This document shows positions 37,896 through 47,019 of a stretch of 64,000 nt of DNA, in pieces (position 1 is the first letter of the stretch; every line of letters starts with the position of its first letter). The stretch lies in contig CAYJKV010000001.1 of assembly GCA_964371255.1 (NCBI GenBank), positions 99,140-163,139 of the forward strand, in the 5' to 3' direction. The translations under genes were made by a program, and so were the position numbers. Below the pieces are notes generated by a model, which saw only the letters and a program-made list of their open reading frames with translations, was not told the origin of the DNA and did not search any database. Source of the DNA: an uncultured Candidatus Saccharibacteria bacterium. Its GTDB lineage: Bacteria; Patescibacteriota; Andersenbacteria; UBA10190.

Positions 37896-38266
37896 CCTTT
37901 TCCCCCCCCTTTTTTTTCCTCTTGTTAATTATCGTCGCAAATGAATGAATTAAAGGAAATGAATTAAAGATTAATCCTTTAATACTATTTCATATGCCCT
38001 AGTCTACGACCTGCGAGGACATATGTTTGTGGTGAATACCATACATCCTTGACATGGAGACTGTAAGTATCTAGATTTGTTGGTTCAGGTTTGTTTGGTC
38101 GCTTCGCGTTGTTCATTACAGAAAGGTGGGTAAGATGCCAGGAGGAATTCGTTTGCAGCGTGATTCTCGTGAAGGGCGGCGTTGGTTGCACACGATTCGA
38201 GGTACTGTTACTGGCCATGCCGTACGGGTTACGGGTTGGTGGATCTTTAAGGAGCGGATTGCGATT

Positions 38267-38566
38267 ATGAAAATCGCTCTCGATCCAAGCCAAGTAGAGG
38301 CCTTCAACCGTTTGGCGCGCCAGACGATGTGCGTCGACGATAGTGGTAATTTGGCCGGAATCGCACAGGCTCTGAGTATTGGTGTAGCTGAGGCCAAGCT
38401 CGCAGAGTTTCCGGTGGGTGCCAATGTCGCTGTTGTGTTTGGATATGCTGGACCGATTGAGCAGTTCTTCAATGGCCGGGATCCTCTGGCAGTAGTTGAT
38501 ATCAAAATCATCACTGCAGATACCGTGCTGCCGAATGAGGTTAAGGTGTCCCTGGTAGATGTTTAA
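38267..38566 (+). CDS. hypothetical protein
   Basis: 99 aa from the internal ATG, with an AAGGAG RBS. The track ORF begins at 38126. A terminator hairpin ACCGCC..GGCGGTTTTTTA follows. Confidence 0.35.
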   Translation: MKIALDPSQVEAFNRLARQTMCVDDSGNLAGIAQALSIGVAEAKLAEFPVGANVAVVFGYAGPIEQFFNGRDPLAVVDIKIITADTVLPNEVKVSLVDV

Positions 38567-38702
38567 CTAAGGCCTGACACACCCGTCCATCGAACGTAAC
38601 CGCCCAAGTCTCTTTCATGGGACCGTGGCGGTTTTTTATTGGGCGAAAATAAAAAGCGGGTTAGATACAATTGTTTGAGCAATTATATTAACCCGTTGTC
38701 AG

Positions 38703-39644
38703 CTATGATTTCGGAATCGGCTGGTGGCATGACACTCGCGAGCGCATGTACTGCCATGATGCGTCGTTGGAAACGAAAAAGGCGACGATGTACAGCAGGA
38801 TGCCGCAAAACTTGCTTATTGCTACCGACTCGCCAAAGAAGAGCATTCCCGCGATCATGGTGGTAGAAAGATAGGTACCGTTCATGACCAGACTTTTGAG
38901 AGCAATGCCAGCACCGGATTTGTAGCTCATCACCTTGAAGGACCACATCGCCAGAACCAGCAAACCGACAACAAACGAGAACGCGTATATGCGCAGAATG
39001 TTGTTTGTGGTTGGCAGGATGATGGCAAACGAATTTAAGCATGACAAGGCAATGAGGCAACAGGCCAGTGTTCCGACACCACCCCAAAAGTTTTTAGCCA
39101 TGGGGTGAATCTGTTTGATCCAACGGGAAAGAAGTTCATTGACCACGCCGAGCACCATGACACCGCCTGACAACCATACCCAGGCAGGCAAGGAGAGTAA
39201 TTCCGTGAGGCTTGGCAGTCCCAGAACGACATAGCCAGCGAAAATGCCGAGGATGAAGCCACCCAGGGTGCGCAGACTAAAGCGGTCTTTGAAGACCAAT
39301 GAATCAATCACGGCACTGGGGAAAATCGCCAGAGTGATGATGAACGTGGAAACCCCGATACTGCCGTTGAAGCGTGGCAGAAATACGCTGAAAGCGAGCA
39401 CGGTCATAAAGAAGGCGACAATACCGAACGCTAGTGCGCCGAAAAGCAAACGTTTGTCACACCAGGTAGAGATACGGCGGCGACGCAGCACGCCATAGCC
39501 GATGGTGATTTGCACGAGGCTGATGATGAGCGCTGCCAGAACCATGTGTGCAAACAAAGTGCTGGCGTAACCGACTAACTTCTGCAGGATTTTGGTGAAC
39601 GTTTTAGTAAGTGCTTCACCGAACGACCATAGTACCCATTGCAT
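38703..39644 (-). CDS. polytopic membrane protein, EamA/DMT-like transporter
   Basis: 313 aa with about 10 TM helices. The size and topology fit the drug/metabolite transporter superfamily. Confidence 0.4.
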   Translation of the reverse strand: MQWVLWSFGEALTKTFTKILQKLVGYASTLFAHMVLAALIISLVQITIGYGVLRRRRISTWCDKRLLFGALAFGIVAFFMTVLAFSVFLPRFNGSIGVSTFIITLAIFPSAVIDSLVFKDRFSLRTLGGFILGIFAGYVVLGLPSLTELLSLPAWVWLSGGVMVLGVVNELLSRWIKQIHPMAKNFWGGVGTLACCLIALSCLNSFAIILPTTNNILRIYAFSFVVGLLVLAMWSFKVMSYKSGAGIALKSLVMNGTYLSTTMIAGMLFFGESVAISKFCGILLYIVAFFVSNDASWQYMRSRVSCHQPIPKS

Positions 39645-39920
39645 CGTAAAACCCCTGGAGGATTAGATGGCAAGTCCGTATCGTGTTGGTAAGGAACGAC
39701 TGCTAAAATTAGCAGATTTATAGGAAAGAACAAGAGTAAGTGGAGTTTTTCTTTGCTCAAGGTTAGGCGGGATTACAAAGAGTTTTAGAATTTGACGGAA
39801 TTGATAAATATTGTTACAGGTTAGTGTTGTGTAGATACGACAGTACGTTCACAATTTTTGGTTTTCAGGTAAATCAGACAGAACCGAGAATGTCTGGTTC
39901 TGGAGAAGGAGTATCGTACC

Positions 39921-41216
39921 ATGTCAACATTTGATCCGCCTCTCGAGGCTGCTGGCAATTCGACAGATGAGTTTGATCCTTACTATAAATGGCTATCAAT
40001 TCCACCAAATCAGCAGCCGCCTAATCTCTACCGTTTATTAGGGGTTGAACCATTTGAGGAAGATCGTGAAGTTATTAGCTGCGCAGTTGATCGGCAAGCG
40101 GCTTATGTCCGTTCCTGTAAACTTGGCCAGCGTGGCAATTCATGTGAAGATGTCCTAACTGAGATTTTTCAAGCGAAGGTTTGTTTGTTGGATCCCGTGC
40201 GCAAAGCCGAATACGATCAAGGGTTACGGGACCAACTGACCGTAGTCGTCAAATCAGGTGTGGCACAAGTAGGTATTAGACAAGCTGGTCAACCCAAGCG
40301 GCGCAAAAAGAAGAGTGTTTTGTGGGAGGTAACCAAGACGGTGTTGGGCGGTATTGGAGGATTATTCTTTGCCACCCTGATGCTGTGGTATGGCCTTGGT
40401 GTTGATCCGTTGGGTGTTATGGCGCCTAAGGAGCCCAACCTCTCTAAAGCTCAGGTCGAGGCAGTAGATCGTGACAATGCTGACCAGCAGTTAAAAAGTG
40501 AGCTCAAGAGAGCCCATCAAGAGGGGCAGGCAGCAAAACGTAAAATTAACAACCTGCAAACAGACAATGTGGGACAAGGGAGAAGCCTGGCAGGCAGACA
40601 GCAAATAAAATCAGCAGAGGACTTGGGATGGATAGACCTATTGAAATTGATCGACGTTAATAAACATGTCGTCGTTGGCAGATGGTCTCGTAACAAAGAC
40701 GGGGTAAGCACAGAACCGGCCTTAGGTTCCCGAATAACCGTTCCTAGTTTTTTAGACGGTAGCTATGAGATAAGCGTCGATTTTACCAAGCAGACGGGTA
40801 ACGAATCTGTTACTGTGATATTGCCTGTCCACACCACTAGCTGCGTTTTTTATCTGAGTGGGTGGGAGAATTCAGTCCATGGTCTAGGCCTTGTTGACGA
40901 AACATATCCTGGCTCTTGGCGGGAAAATTATGAATTGGCCAAGAAGTTCCTGATTGTCAATAACCAGCGTTACCGTTTGGATATAAGCGTGAATATCCAG
41001 AAGGACACTGTAACTATCGATACCCAGCTCGATCGAAAGCCGCTCTACTCTTGGCAGGGGAAGATTGATAGATTATCGATCTCCTCTTCTACAACTATGC
41101 CCAATCGTAATTCATTGGGACTGGGAGCTTCCCAGGGCAGGTGCACTTTCCATCGGGTGGAACTACGTCTTTTGGGGTCAGGCACTGGCGCATCGGTTCT
41201 TTCGAACCTCAAGTAG
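39921..41216 (+). CDS. membrane-anchored protein with J-domain-like N-terminus
   Basis: The N-terminus DPYYKWLSIPPNQQPPNLYRLLGVEPFEEDREVISCAVDRQAAYVRS...KAEYDQGL resembles J-domain helices II-IV but lacks HPD. One TM follows (VLGGIGGLFFATLMLWYGLGV), then a coiled coil and a ~200-aa C-terminal domain. Confidence 0.45.
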   Translation: MSTFDPPLEAAGNSTDEFDPYYKWLSIPPNQQPPNLYRLLGVEPFEEDREVISCAVDRQAAYVRSCKLGQRGNSCEDVLTEIFQAKVCLLDPVRKAEYDQGLRDQLTVVVKSGVAQVGIRQAGQPKRRKKKSVLWEVTKTVLGGIGGLFFATLMLWYGLGVDPLGVMAPKEPNLSKAQVEAVDRDNADQQLKSELKRAHQEGQAAKRKINNLQTDNVGQGRSLAGRQQIKSAEDLGWIDLLKLIDVNKHVVVGRWSRNKDGVSTEPALGSRITVPSFLDGSYEISVDFTKQTGNESVTVILPVHTTSCVFYLSGWENSVHGLGLVDETYPGSWRENYELAKKFLIVNNQRYRLDISVNIQKDTVTIDTQLDRKPLYSWQGKIDRLSISSSTTMPNRNSLGLGASQGRCTFHRVELRLLGSGTGASVLSNLK

Positions 41217-41379
41217 GGGAATGGAAATAGCTAGTACGTTACCCACATAAATTGCTGTGGGTTTTTTTATTGGTATAAGCAGTAAGAATACAGTGGCCGT
41301 TTGACGAGGATTGCTAAGGTGTTAACATGTCTGGTTCGGTGAAGGAGTTGTACTTTTGGGTTTTTGAAAGGGTTTAATT

Positions 41380-41568
41380 ATGAGTCGTTGGGATGATGAT
41401 GTGTTGAGAGAGGCGGCTAATTATGTCCATTATGAGCTTGGTAATGATCGGGATGCATACCAAGCAACAGCGCGACGGTTTTTGAATGACGACAGTACGG
41501 AGGCGCTGCAGGCAATCAACGACAAGGTGGTTGATTTGTTTGGGCATGATTATCGGGTGCGCTTTTAG
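41380..41568 (+). CDS. small conserved hypothetical protein (paralog B)
   Basis: 62 aa. Its C-terminus AINDKVVDLFGHDYRVRF is paralogous to 37385..37582. It has its own RBS and terminator (CCGTCTAC..GTAGACGGTTTTT). Confidence 0.5.
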   Translation: MSRWDDDVLREAANYVHYELGNDRDAYQATARRFLNDDSTEALQAINDKVVDLFGHDYRVRF

Positions 41569-41722
41569 TGGACTGCCTTTTGTCTTAGAGAAGTAGAACC
41601 CTTTGTCACCGTCTACCAAGCACCGTAGACGGTTTTTAAAAGTTGTGCCTAATCTTCGCGGTGATTGTTGTTGACATAGACTGGATAATGCAGTAGTTAG
41701 TAGATAGTTCTCTTTATGTTAG

Positions 41723-41995
41723 GTGTTTGGCAAATCTTCTCTGGGGAATGGAAAAATGAATTGCAAACAAAAAGGTTGTAACAGCGATTTGAGTACAGGG
41801 CGGGAAATTCCAATTCGTACGGGTTGTGCAGCGTTTCGTCAGGGAATCGCGTGTCCAGCCTGTGGCCGGGTCCATTTCAGTGATGGGTTGCTTGTCTTCA
41901 ACCGACAGCACCATGAAGTATTTCTTGACGGTGATGACATGGTGAACCGCGACCAAGATGGAGTTGAGACAAGTCGGTTTCTGGTAGGCACCTGA
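41723..41995 (+). CDS. possible small zinc-ribbon protein
   Basis: CKQKGC...CPACG cysteine pairs. The overlapping antisense ORF is equally possible, so this call is weak. Confidence 0.2.
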   Translation: MFGKSSLGNGKMNCKQKGCNSDLSTGREIPIRTGCAAFRQGIACPACGRVHFSDGLLVFNRQHHEVFLDGDDMVNRDQDGVETSRFLVGT

Positions 41996-42153
41996 GAACG
42001 TCGTGCTGCAGCCGCTTGGTCAGAACCCCTTCATCCTTTGACATGGCTTAGGGTGAGTGCGTTAAGGGTTCTTTTTTATTGTTGGCAAGATAGGTATGGC
42101 CTCAATTGAGAAGCGTCGGGGGCAATTAGCGCCGGAGTTAATGGGGTCTTGAT

Positions 42154-42182
42154 TTGACATTATAGGAAGACTCGTATATAAA
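42154..42182 (+). promoter_or_regulatory. sigma70-like promoter upstream of csrA
   Basis: TTGACA, then a 17-nt spacer, then TATAAA. The downstream leader contains GGA motifs (CAGGAT, AGGAGGAG) overlapping the SD. Confidence 0.45.
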
Positions 42183-42245
42183 TTTTACGGTTGTGTTCTT
42201 TTTAGATATCGGGACAGGATTCCATTTGGGCAGGAGGAGAAGATC

Positions 42246-42449
42246 ATGCTAGTACTCTCGAGGAAAAAAAACGAGTCGATTGTCATCAACGATGATATCA
42301 CGATAGTAGTTGTGGAAATTCGTGGTGACAAGGTTCGGCTCGGGGTCGATGCACCGAAAGAGGTTCCTGTGCACAGGCGCGAGGTATACGAGGCGATTCA
42401 ACGAGAACTCAGGGATAGTGAGGTTTTGCCAGAAGATGAGACTGGTTAG
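42246..42449 (+). CDS. csrA: carbon storage regulator CsrA
   Basis: [51 protein letters not shown] is a near-canonical CsrA. 67 aa. Confidence 0.9.
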   Translation: MLVLSRKKNESIVINDDITIVVVEIRGDKVRLGVDAPKEVPVHRREVYEAIQRELRDSEVLPEDETG

Positions 42450-42609
42450 CTTTCTTCCTTTTGTGGGTTCCTGTCCGCGTCAGTAAATTTTACAAAATTT
42501 CCTGGCGCTTTTTTATATCAAATCAAGTTTGATGAGTTGTGCCTAGCTTTTGTGTCGTGGTTTGGCGGAGTGCTTGACATTCCTTGCTGGTTTTTGTTAG
42601 GTTAGAAAT

Positions 42610-42711
42610 ATGAATTTAGCACTAGCACAATTCGGTTGGTACAGCCTGTTTATGATGATTATTCTGTTCGTGATGAACGAACATGTGCTAGGTATTGATG
42701 TAAGCGCCTGA
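42610..42711 (+). CDS. candidate small hydrophobic peptide (33 aa)
   Basis: ATG...TGA encoding MNLALAQFGWYSLFMMIILFVMNEHVLGIDVSA. It lies between a TTGACA -35-like element and a strong terminator hairpin at 42741-42772. Not in the track because it is under 60 aa. Confidence 0.25.
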   Translation: MNLALAQFGWYSLFMMIILFVMNEHVLGIDVSA

Positions 42712-42740
42712 AGAATTAATAAATAGACCTTTACATGAGC

Positions 42741-42772
42741 CCCTAGCACATAGCTAGGGACTTTTTGTTTTG
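42741..42772 (+). terminator. rho-independent terminator
   Basis: CCCTAGCACATAGCTAGGG stem-loop followed by ACTTTTTGTTTTG. Confidence 0.6.
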
Positions 42773-42802
42773 TACCTTTGTACCTTTGAAAGTTAGGTTT
42801 GT

Positions 42803-44173
42803 GTGTCGTTATCTGAAAGGAGTGGTAAGAGTATGGCTTCTGTGGGTTTGAATCTGACAGGCTTTAAGAGTGAGACAGAGGTTCTCGTCCAGATTGCTCG
42901 TGACCTTGGGCAGTACCACCGTGAGGGTAGGCAGAGTGATTTTATCAGGACGTTAGAGTCACTTGGTATGGATACCGATGAGGCACGGCAGTATTGGGAG
43001 GCGTTGTTGCCATCAAAGGAATGCAACGGTCAGTGGAGGCATGCACGCAACAATTCCGAGCTGGCAGGCTTGCTTGGAGTGCTTTTGGACGGCCAGAAGA
43101 TCTTGCGTAACCGCTTGCTCTATCGGCTGGTTGAGTGTCACTTTCCAGACATTCTGCAGGCTCGGTTTACGGGACTTTACCACTTGGGTGGCAAGGCCAG
43201 CCGAGGTAACCATCCTGAGCGGCGCATGGTCCATTTCGACAAGTTTCCTTTGGGCAGAGATGGTCAGTCAATGGCTGTTCACTACCTCTACAAAGGTGTT
43301 CAGCCGGCGCAGTTTGCCGCAGAGGTTATGAGGGCAGCCGTTCCATTGCAAGAGGTCTTGGGTGAGGCGTTGGGCATTAAGATGGCTGAGTTCATCTTTA
43401 ACCACAAAATGTTGATTCCTCCCCCGACGGTAGCACGGCTTCTAGCAAGAGTGATCGAAGCTGGTCAACAGGGGCAGTCTATCACTGTCGTAGGGGCTTT
43501 TTGTCCGGATTATGCCTATGAAGAAACGGGGAATCCACAGATTCCCTATCGTTACACCTTTGATGGCCTCGGCCAAGGTGTCGGACTAGTCGCTCAGCAG
43601 TTTGCGCGCATCGTGCCTGGCTTCTCTCGACTCCTCGCTGAGCTTGGTGTGTCGCACCAGATCGTGCTGGCGATTGGCGATTTCGAGGCTGATTCTCAGG
43701 CAGTACTTGACCGCGTTGGTGTTGATCGCAACGAATTTGTTCGGCGCTGCCAGGGTTCACTCGATGCGTTCCAACAAAGGATTCCCAACGACATTCCATT
43801 ACAGCTCGAGCTATTCGCAGCAGCTCGGGGTGGTGAACGGTTTCGTCGTTACGCGACTGAGGCCACTGCTCGGTTCCTGCAGGACGATTTTGGCCATATG
43901 GTCGATGTTTATCCCAGTCTGAGTAACGTTATTGCACGAATTCCTGCGCAGTACCAGACCTTTTACGAGCGTTGGTATAAGTGCGGTATGGACGATAAGC
44001 AAGTGCGTGGGATTGTCTTCGCTCAGGGGGGTGAATATTCAGCCATGGCTCGCATCTTCACCGAGGATTTCGGCAGCAATATTGTGGTTCTAGCTGGCGA
44101 CCGGCCTGAGATGCATCTCTTTAACTGTCTGTATCAGGCGGTACCAGCGTTGTGTGCCAAAAGAGCTTATTAA
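42803..44173 (+). CDS. hypothetical protein, unknown family (456 aa)
   Basis: Long ORF with GC richer than its surroundings. I recognise no motifs in it. Contains ITVVGAFCPDYAYEETG and GGEYSAMARIF segments. Confidence 0.5.
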   Translation: MSLSERSGKSMASVGLNLTGFKSETEVLVQIARDLGQYHREGRQSDFIRTLESLGMDTDEARQYWEALLPSKECNGQWRHARNNSELAGLLGVLLDGQKILRNRLLYRLVECHFPDILQARFTGLYHLGGKASRGNHPERRMVHFDKFPLGRDGQSMAVHYLYKGVQPAQFAAEVMRAAVPLQEVLGEALGIKMAEFIFNHKMLIPPPTVARLLARVIEAGQQGQSITVVGAFCPDYAYEETGNPQIPYRYTFDGLGQGVGLVAQQFARIVPGFSRLLAELGVSHQIVLAIGDFEADSQAVLDRVGVDRNEFVRRCQGSLDAFQQRIPNDIPLQLELFAAARGGERFRRYATEATARFLQDDFGHMVDVYPSLSNVIARIPAQYQTFYERWYKCGMDDKQVRGIVFAQGGEYSAMARIFTEDFGSNIVVLAGDRPEMHLFNCLYQAVPALCAKRAY

Positions 44174-44241
44174 CTTTCTTCTCTTGTTCCCTGCCCGTTG
44201 TTATTCTAGACTACGGGCAGTTTTTCTTTAATATTATATGT

Positions 44242-45363
44242 ATGAAATCTACCGCCTATTTACTCGTAGACGATCGTGGACCAGAGATACGACATCGCAG
44301 TGGTCTAACAGCTCCAGATAAATTTATTTATCTTGCACCCATGGACGGGGTGCCAGTAGTATTTTTTGATGCTCGGGAGTTTGGCATACAGAAAGAAAAA
44401 TTAAATCAGTTGAGAAATGGTGTTGTCATTAAGGCATTAGAACCCTATATGGCAAAAATACAAAAAAAATCCGCTGGGCCATTCGTCGCGACATTATTGG
44501 CAATATTAAAGGAAAACAAAATAGATAATCTATTAGTATCAGCATCGTTGCCTTACGTTATAGCTCATGAGTTAGAAGCAGCAGGGAAAAAACTTACTGT
44601 CTATTCGTACGAAAAAGAACGGGAACATAAAACTTCCCAAGAACTTAATTACATTATTGATGCTCAGCGTGTTAATGAACAGGCGTTCGAATTAGCCTGG
44701 AATATCTTGAAAGAAAGCAAGATAAGAAGAAATCGACTAATGTATCGTGAGCAAGTGCTTACTAGCGAACTGCTGAAATCGATCATCAGAAAATTTCTTT
44801 TGGATCAAGAGTTAGACTGTCCAGATGGTATTATTGTGGCTTCTGGTGACCAAACAAGTAGGCCGCATGATATGGGAGAAGGTCCGCTACTGCCGAATGA
44901 GTGCATTATCATCGACATTTTCCCGCGTTCAGAAAAAACAGGGTTCTTTGCTGACATGACCCGCACCTTTGTTAAGGGAGAACCAAGTGAAAAAATTAAA
45001 TCATTATTTACGGCGGTGGAGGCTGTTCAAAAAAAAGTTGCTGCCAGTATTGAAGTTGGAGATTCTTGTGCACAAGTTCATCAACTGACCATTAATGCTT
45101 TTGCTGACTTGGGACATCCTGCTTCTCATGAATGTGGCTTCATGCATGGCACAGGCCATTCATTAGGTCTTAGCATTCATGAAGGTCCTTACCTTAATGC
45201 TCATGCCGATCGCAATGTTGAGCCAGGAATGGTTTTTACTATTGAACCAGGGTTGTATTACCCGGATATTGGTGGGGTACGCATTGAAGATATTGTGATT
45301 TTTACAGCGGCAGGCGAGAAAAAAAATATAAATCATTTTGCTAAGCCTTGTTTTATACTATGA
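44242..45363 (+). CDS. M24-family metallopeptidase (Xaa-Pro aminopeptidase/creatinase-like)
   Basis: C-terminal pita-bread fold motifs HGTGHSLGLSIHE and VFTIEPGLYYPDIGGVRIEDIV. The start was chosen at the internal ATG 44242. The track start at 44152 overlaps the upstream gene. Confidence 0.75.
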   Translation: MKSTAYLLVDDRGPEIRHRSGLTAPDKFIYLAPMDGVPVVFFDAREFGIQKEKLNQLRNGVVIKALEPYMAKIQKKSAGPFVATLLAILKENKIDNLLVSASLPYVIAHELEAAGKKLTVYSYEKEREHKTSQELNYIIDAQRVNEQAFELAWNILKESKIRRNRLMYREQVLTSELLKSIIRKFLLDQELDCPDGIIVASGDQTSRPHDMGEGPLLPNECIIIDIFPRSEKTGFFADMTRTFVKGEPSEKIKSLFTAVEAVQKKVAASIEVGDSCAQVHQLTINAFADLGHPASHECGFMHGTGHSLGLSIHEGPYLNAHADRNVEPGMVFTIEPGLYYPDIGGVRIEDIVIFTAAGEKKNINHFAKPCFIL

Positions 45364-45710
45364 ATAAGTTTGTTTTTTCTAAATCAGACGCGACAAAATA
45401 CAGTATAGACGGAGGGAAATGTTATTTATATCCACATAGTTCTACTGGACGCCTATCGGCAGCCTTAGTTGAACAAGAAGGTCGATATCCATCGGATGGT
45501 TACCGTCAGAATGTTGTTTGCACGGAGGCAATATTCATCGTTCAAGGAGATTTTATTATTACGTTAAATGGTAAGATAAATAAGTTGAAACCACACGATG
45601 TGGTTTACATAGTTCCCGGCACTCCTTACGCAATAGAGGGCAAGGGGACTGTTTTTGTTTTTATTGAGCCAAAGTGGGATTCTACCCAAAACACAGCAAC
45701 TGTTGGGTGA
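45360..45710 (+). CDS. cupin-domain protein
   Basis: About 116 aa with a beta-rich cupin_2-like core (IFIVQGDFIITLNGK...VVYIVPGTPYAIEG). ATGA overlap with the upstream stop. Confidence 0.5.
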   Translation: MNKFVFSKSDATKYSIDGGKCYLYPHSSTGRLSAALVEQEGRYPSDGYRQNVVCTEAIFIVQGDFIITLNGKINKLKPHDVVYIVPGTPYAIEGKGTVFVFIEPKWDSTQNTATVG

Positions 45711-46737
45711 TGGTGCCGATATGTGTAGCGGCGACGACCATGTACGGATCCGTGAGTGATTTGCGGCTAGGACTGGCTTTAAGGACGTTTGAGTCATTTG
45801 ATTGGGGAGGGATAGACACCGTGGTGGTGGACGGCTCCGGTCTTTAAGTTAGGCAGGAACTGGAAAAAACAGGTGCGTTGATAGTGTCTGACATACCGGT
45901 CCGCTAATGGCGGGAGCGCACAATGGTTCTTTTTTATCTATAAAATATATATTGTGATAAAATCCAAATGTCAAAGTTCAAATATCCAGCCTGCGTAGAA
46001 GCTTCATCCATATGATATTCGTGACGTGAATCCGCGGGTGGCGGTACCAATATATTTATATAAGTTTCTGAGCGGGCGGGAAGAATTGGAAAGCAGCACG
46101 ATGAAGCACTTACAGGAAAGTTACAAGCCTTATGTAAAAGAACTAAGGGGGGTGAGTGTGAAATATTTATTGCCCGGGGAAAGTTTTGAGTATGGGGGAG
46201 AGGAGTAATCAGGCGATAATCATAAATATGATTACTGGCAGGAGGGGCAATGATCTGGAGAAAGTGGTTTTGGGTGGCAGGAAGTGTGCTTGACTGGGCG
46301 CTGAACTAGTTTTACGTTGCTTAGGCGGTATTTATTATAGTTCGTTTCACGAGTAAATAAGGAGGTTAACTGGCGCTGATTTGTCTTTCAGGGGGTTGTA
46401 CTTCCGGAAGGATTGGCTGGGATGGGTTTTGGCGGGAGTCTTAGTTTAATATCTGCAGGAAAGGATATTGTAATGGGACACAAACGGCGACGACGCAAGA
46501 AACATCACAAGTGCGGACATAAGGGGTTCGGGACGTATTGTCATCGATGTGCAGAGGAGGGAAAATCGTTGGACGGTTTTAAGTCCGCTTCCGCTCTGCG
46601 CGCTCAAAGAAGGATTTCTGGGTCACGACGATCCCTTGCTTCTTATTTAGGCTTGGACTGGTAACGATGGATGGGCTGGGCACAGCTAAACAGCTTCGTT
46701 GTTTAACGAGGCTTTTTTATTTCTAACGTACAGGTTA

Positions 46738-47019
46738 TTAATCGGCGAGCTTTTCGAGCAATTCGCGTTTGGCGGCTTCAGCCTCAGCGCTGTCCACTGA
46801 ATCGGATGTATTCTGCTTAAATTCTCGAGCGACTTCGATAACGTCTCTTTCTGTGATGCCGCCGCCGCTGCGTTGGCGCAGACGTTTCATGATAGCTTTT
46901 TTGTCCTCGTTACTAAGAATACTGATGTTATTTAAGGCATGGCGGATATCCAGACGCGATAGCTTGTCTTTGTTGGAAGTGAAAAATAAGCCCATAAGGT
47001 GATATGAACTACCATACAA
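46738..47019 (-). CDS. hypothetical protein
   Basis: 93 aa acidic ORF with a helical C-terminus (AEAEAAKRELLEKLAD). Confidence 0.3.
   Translation of the reverse strand: MYGSSYHLMGLFFTSNKDKLSRLDIRHALNNISILSNEDKKAIMKRLRQRSGGGITERDVIEVAREFKQNTSDSVDSAEAEAAKRELLEKLAD

Noticed and set aside
41714-41956. 80-aa minus-strand ORF overlapping the putative zinc-ribbon ORF
   Set aside because: Neither strand has a convincing RBS or start. Only the plus-strand ORF is listed as a low-confidence feature because of its paired CxxC motifs.
46026-46664. Two small ORFs (60 aa and 83 aa, basic, with CGHKGFGTYCHRC)
   Set aside because: Short, with no RBS support and no recognisable motifs beyond a Cys/His cluster. 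Left unannotated.
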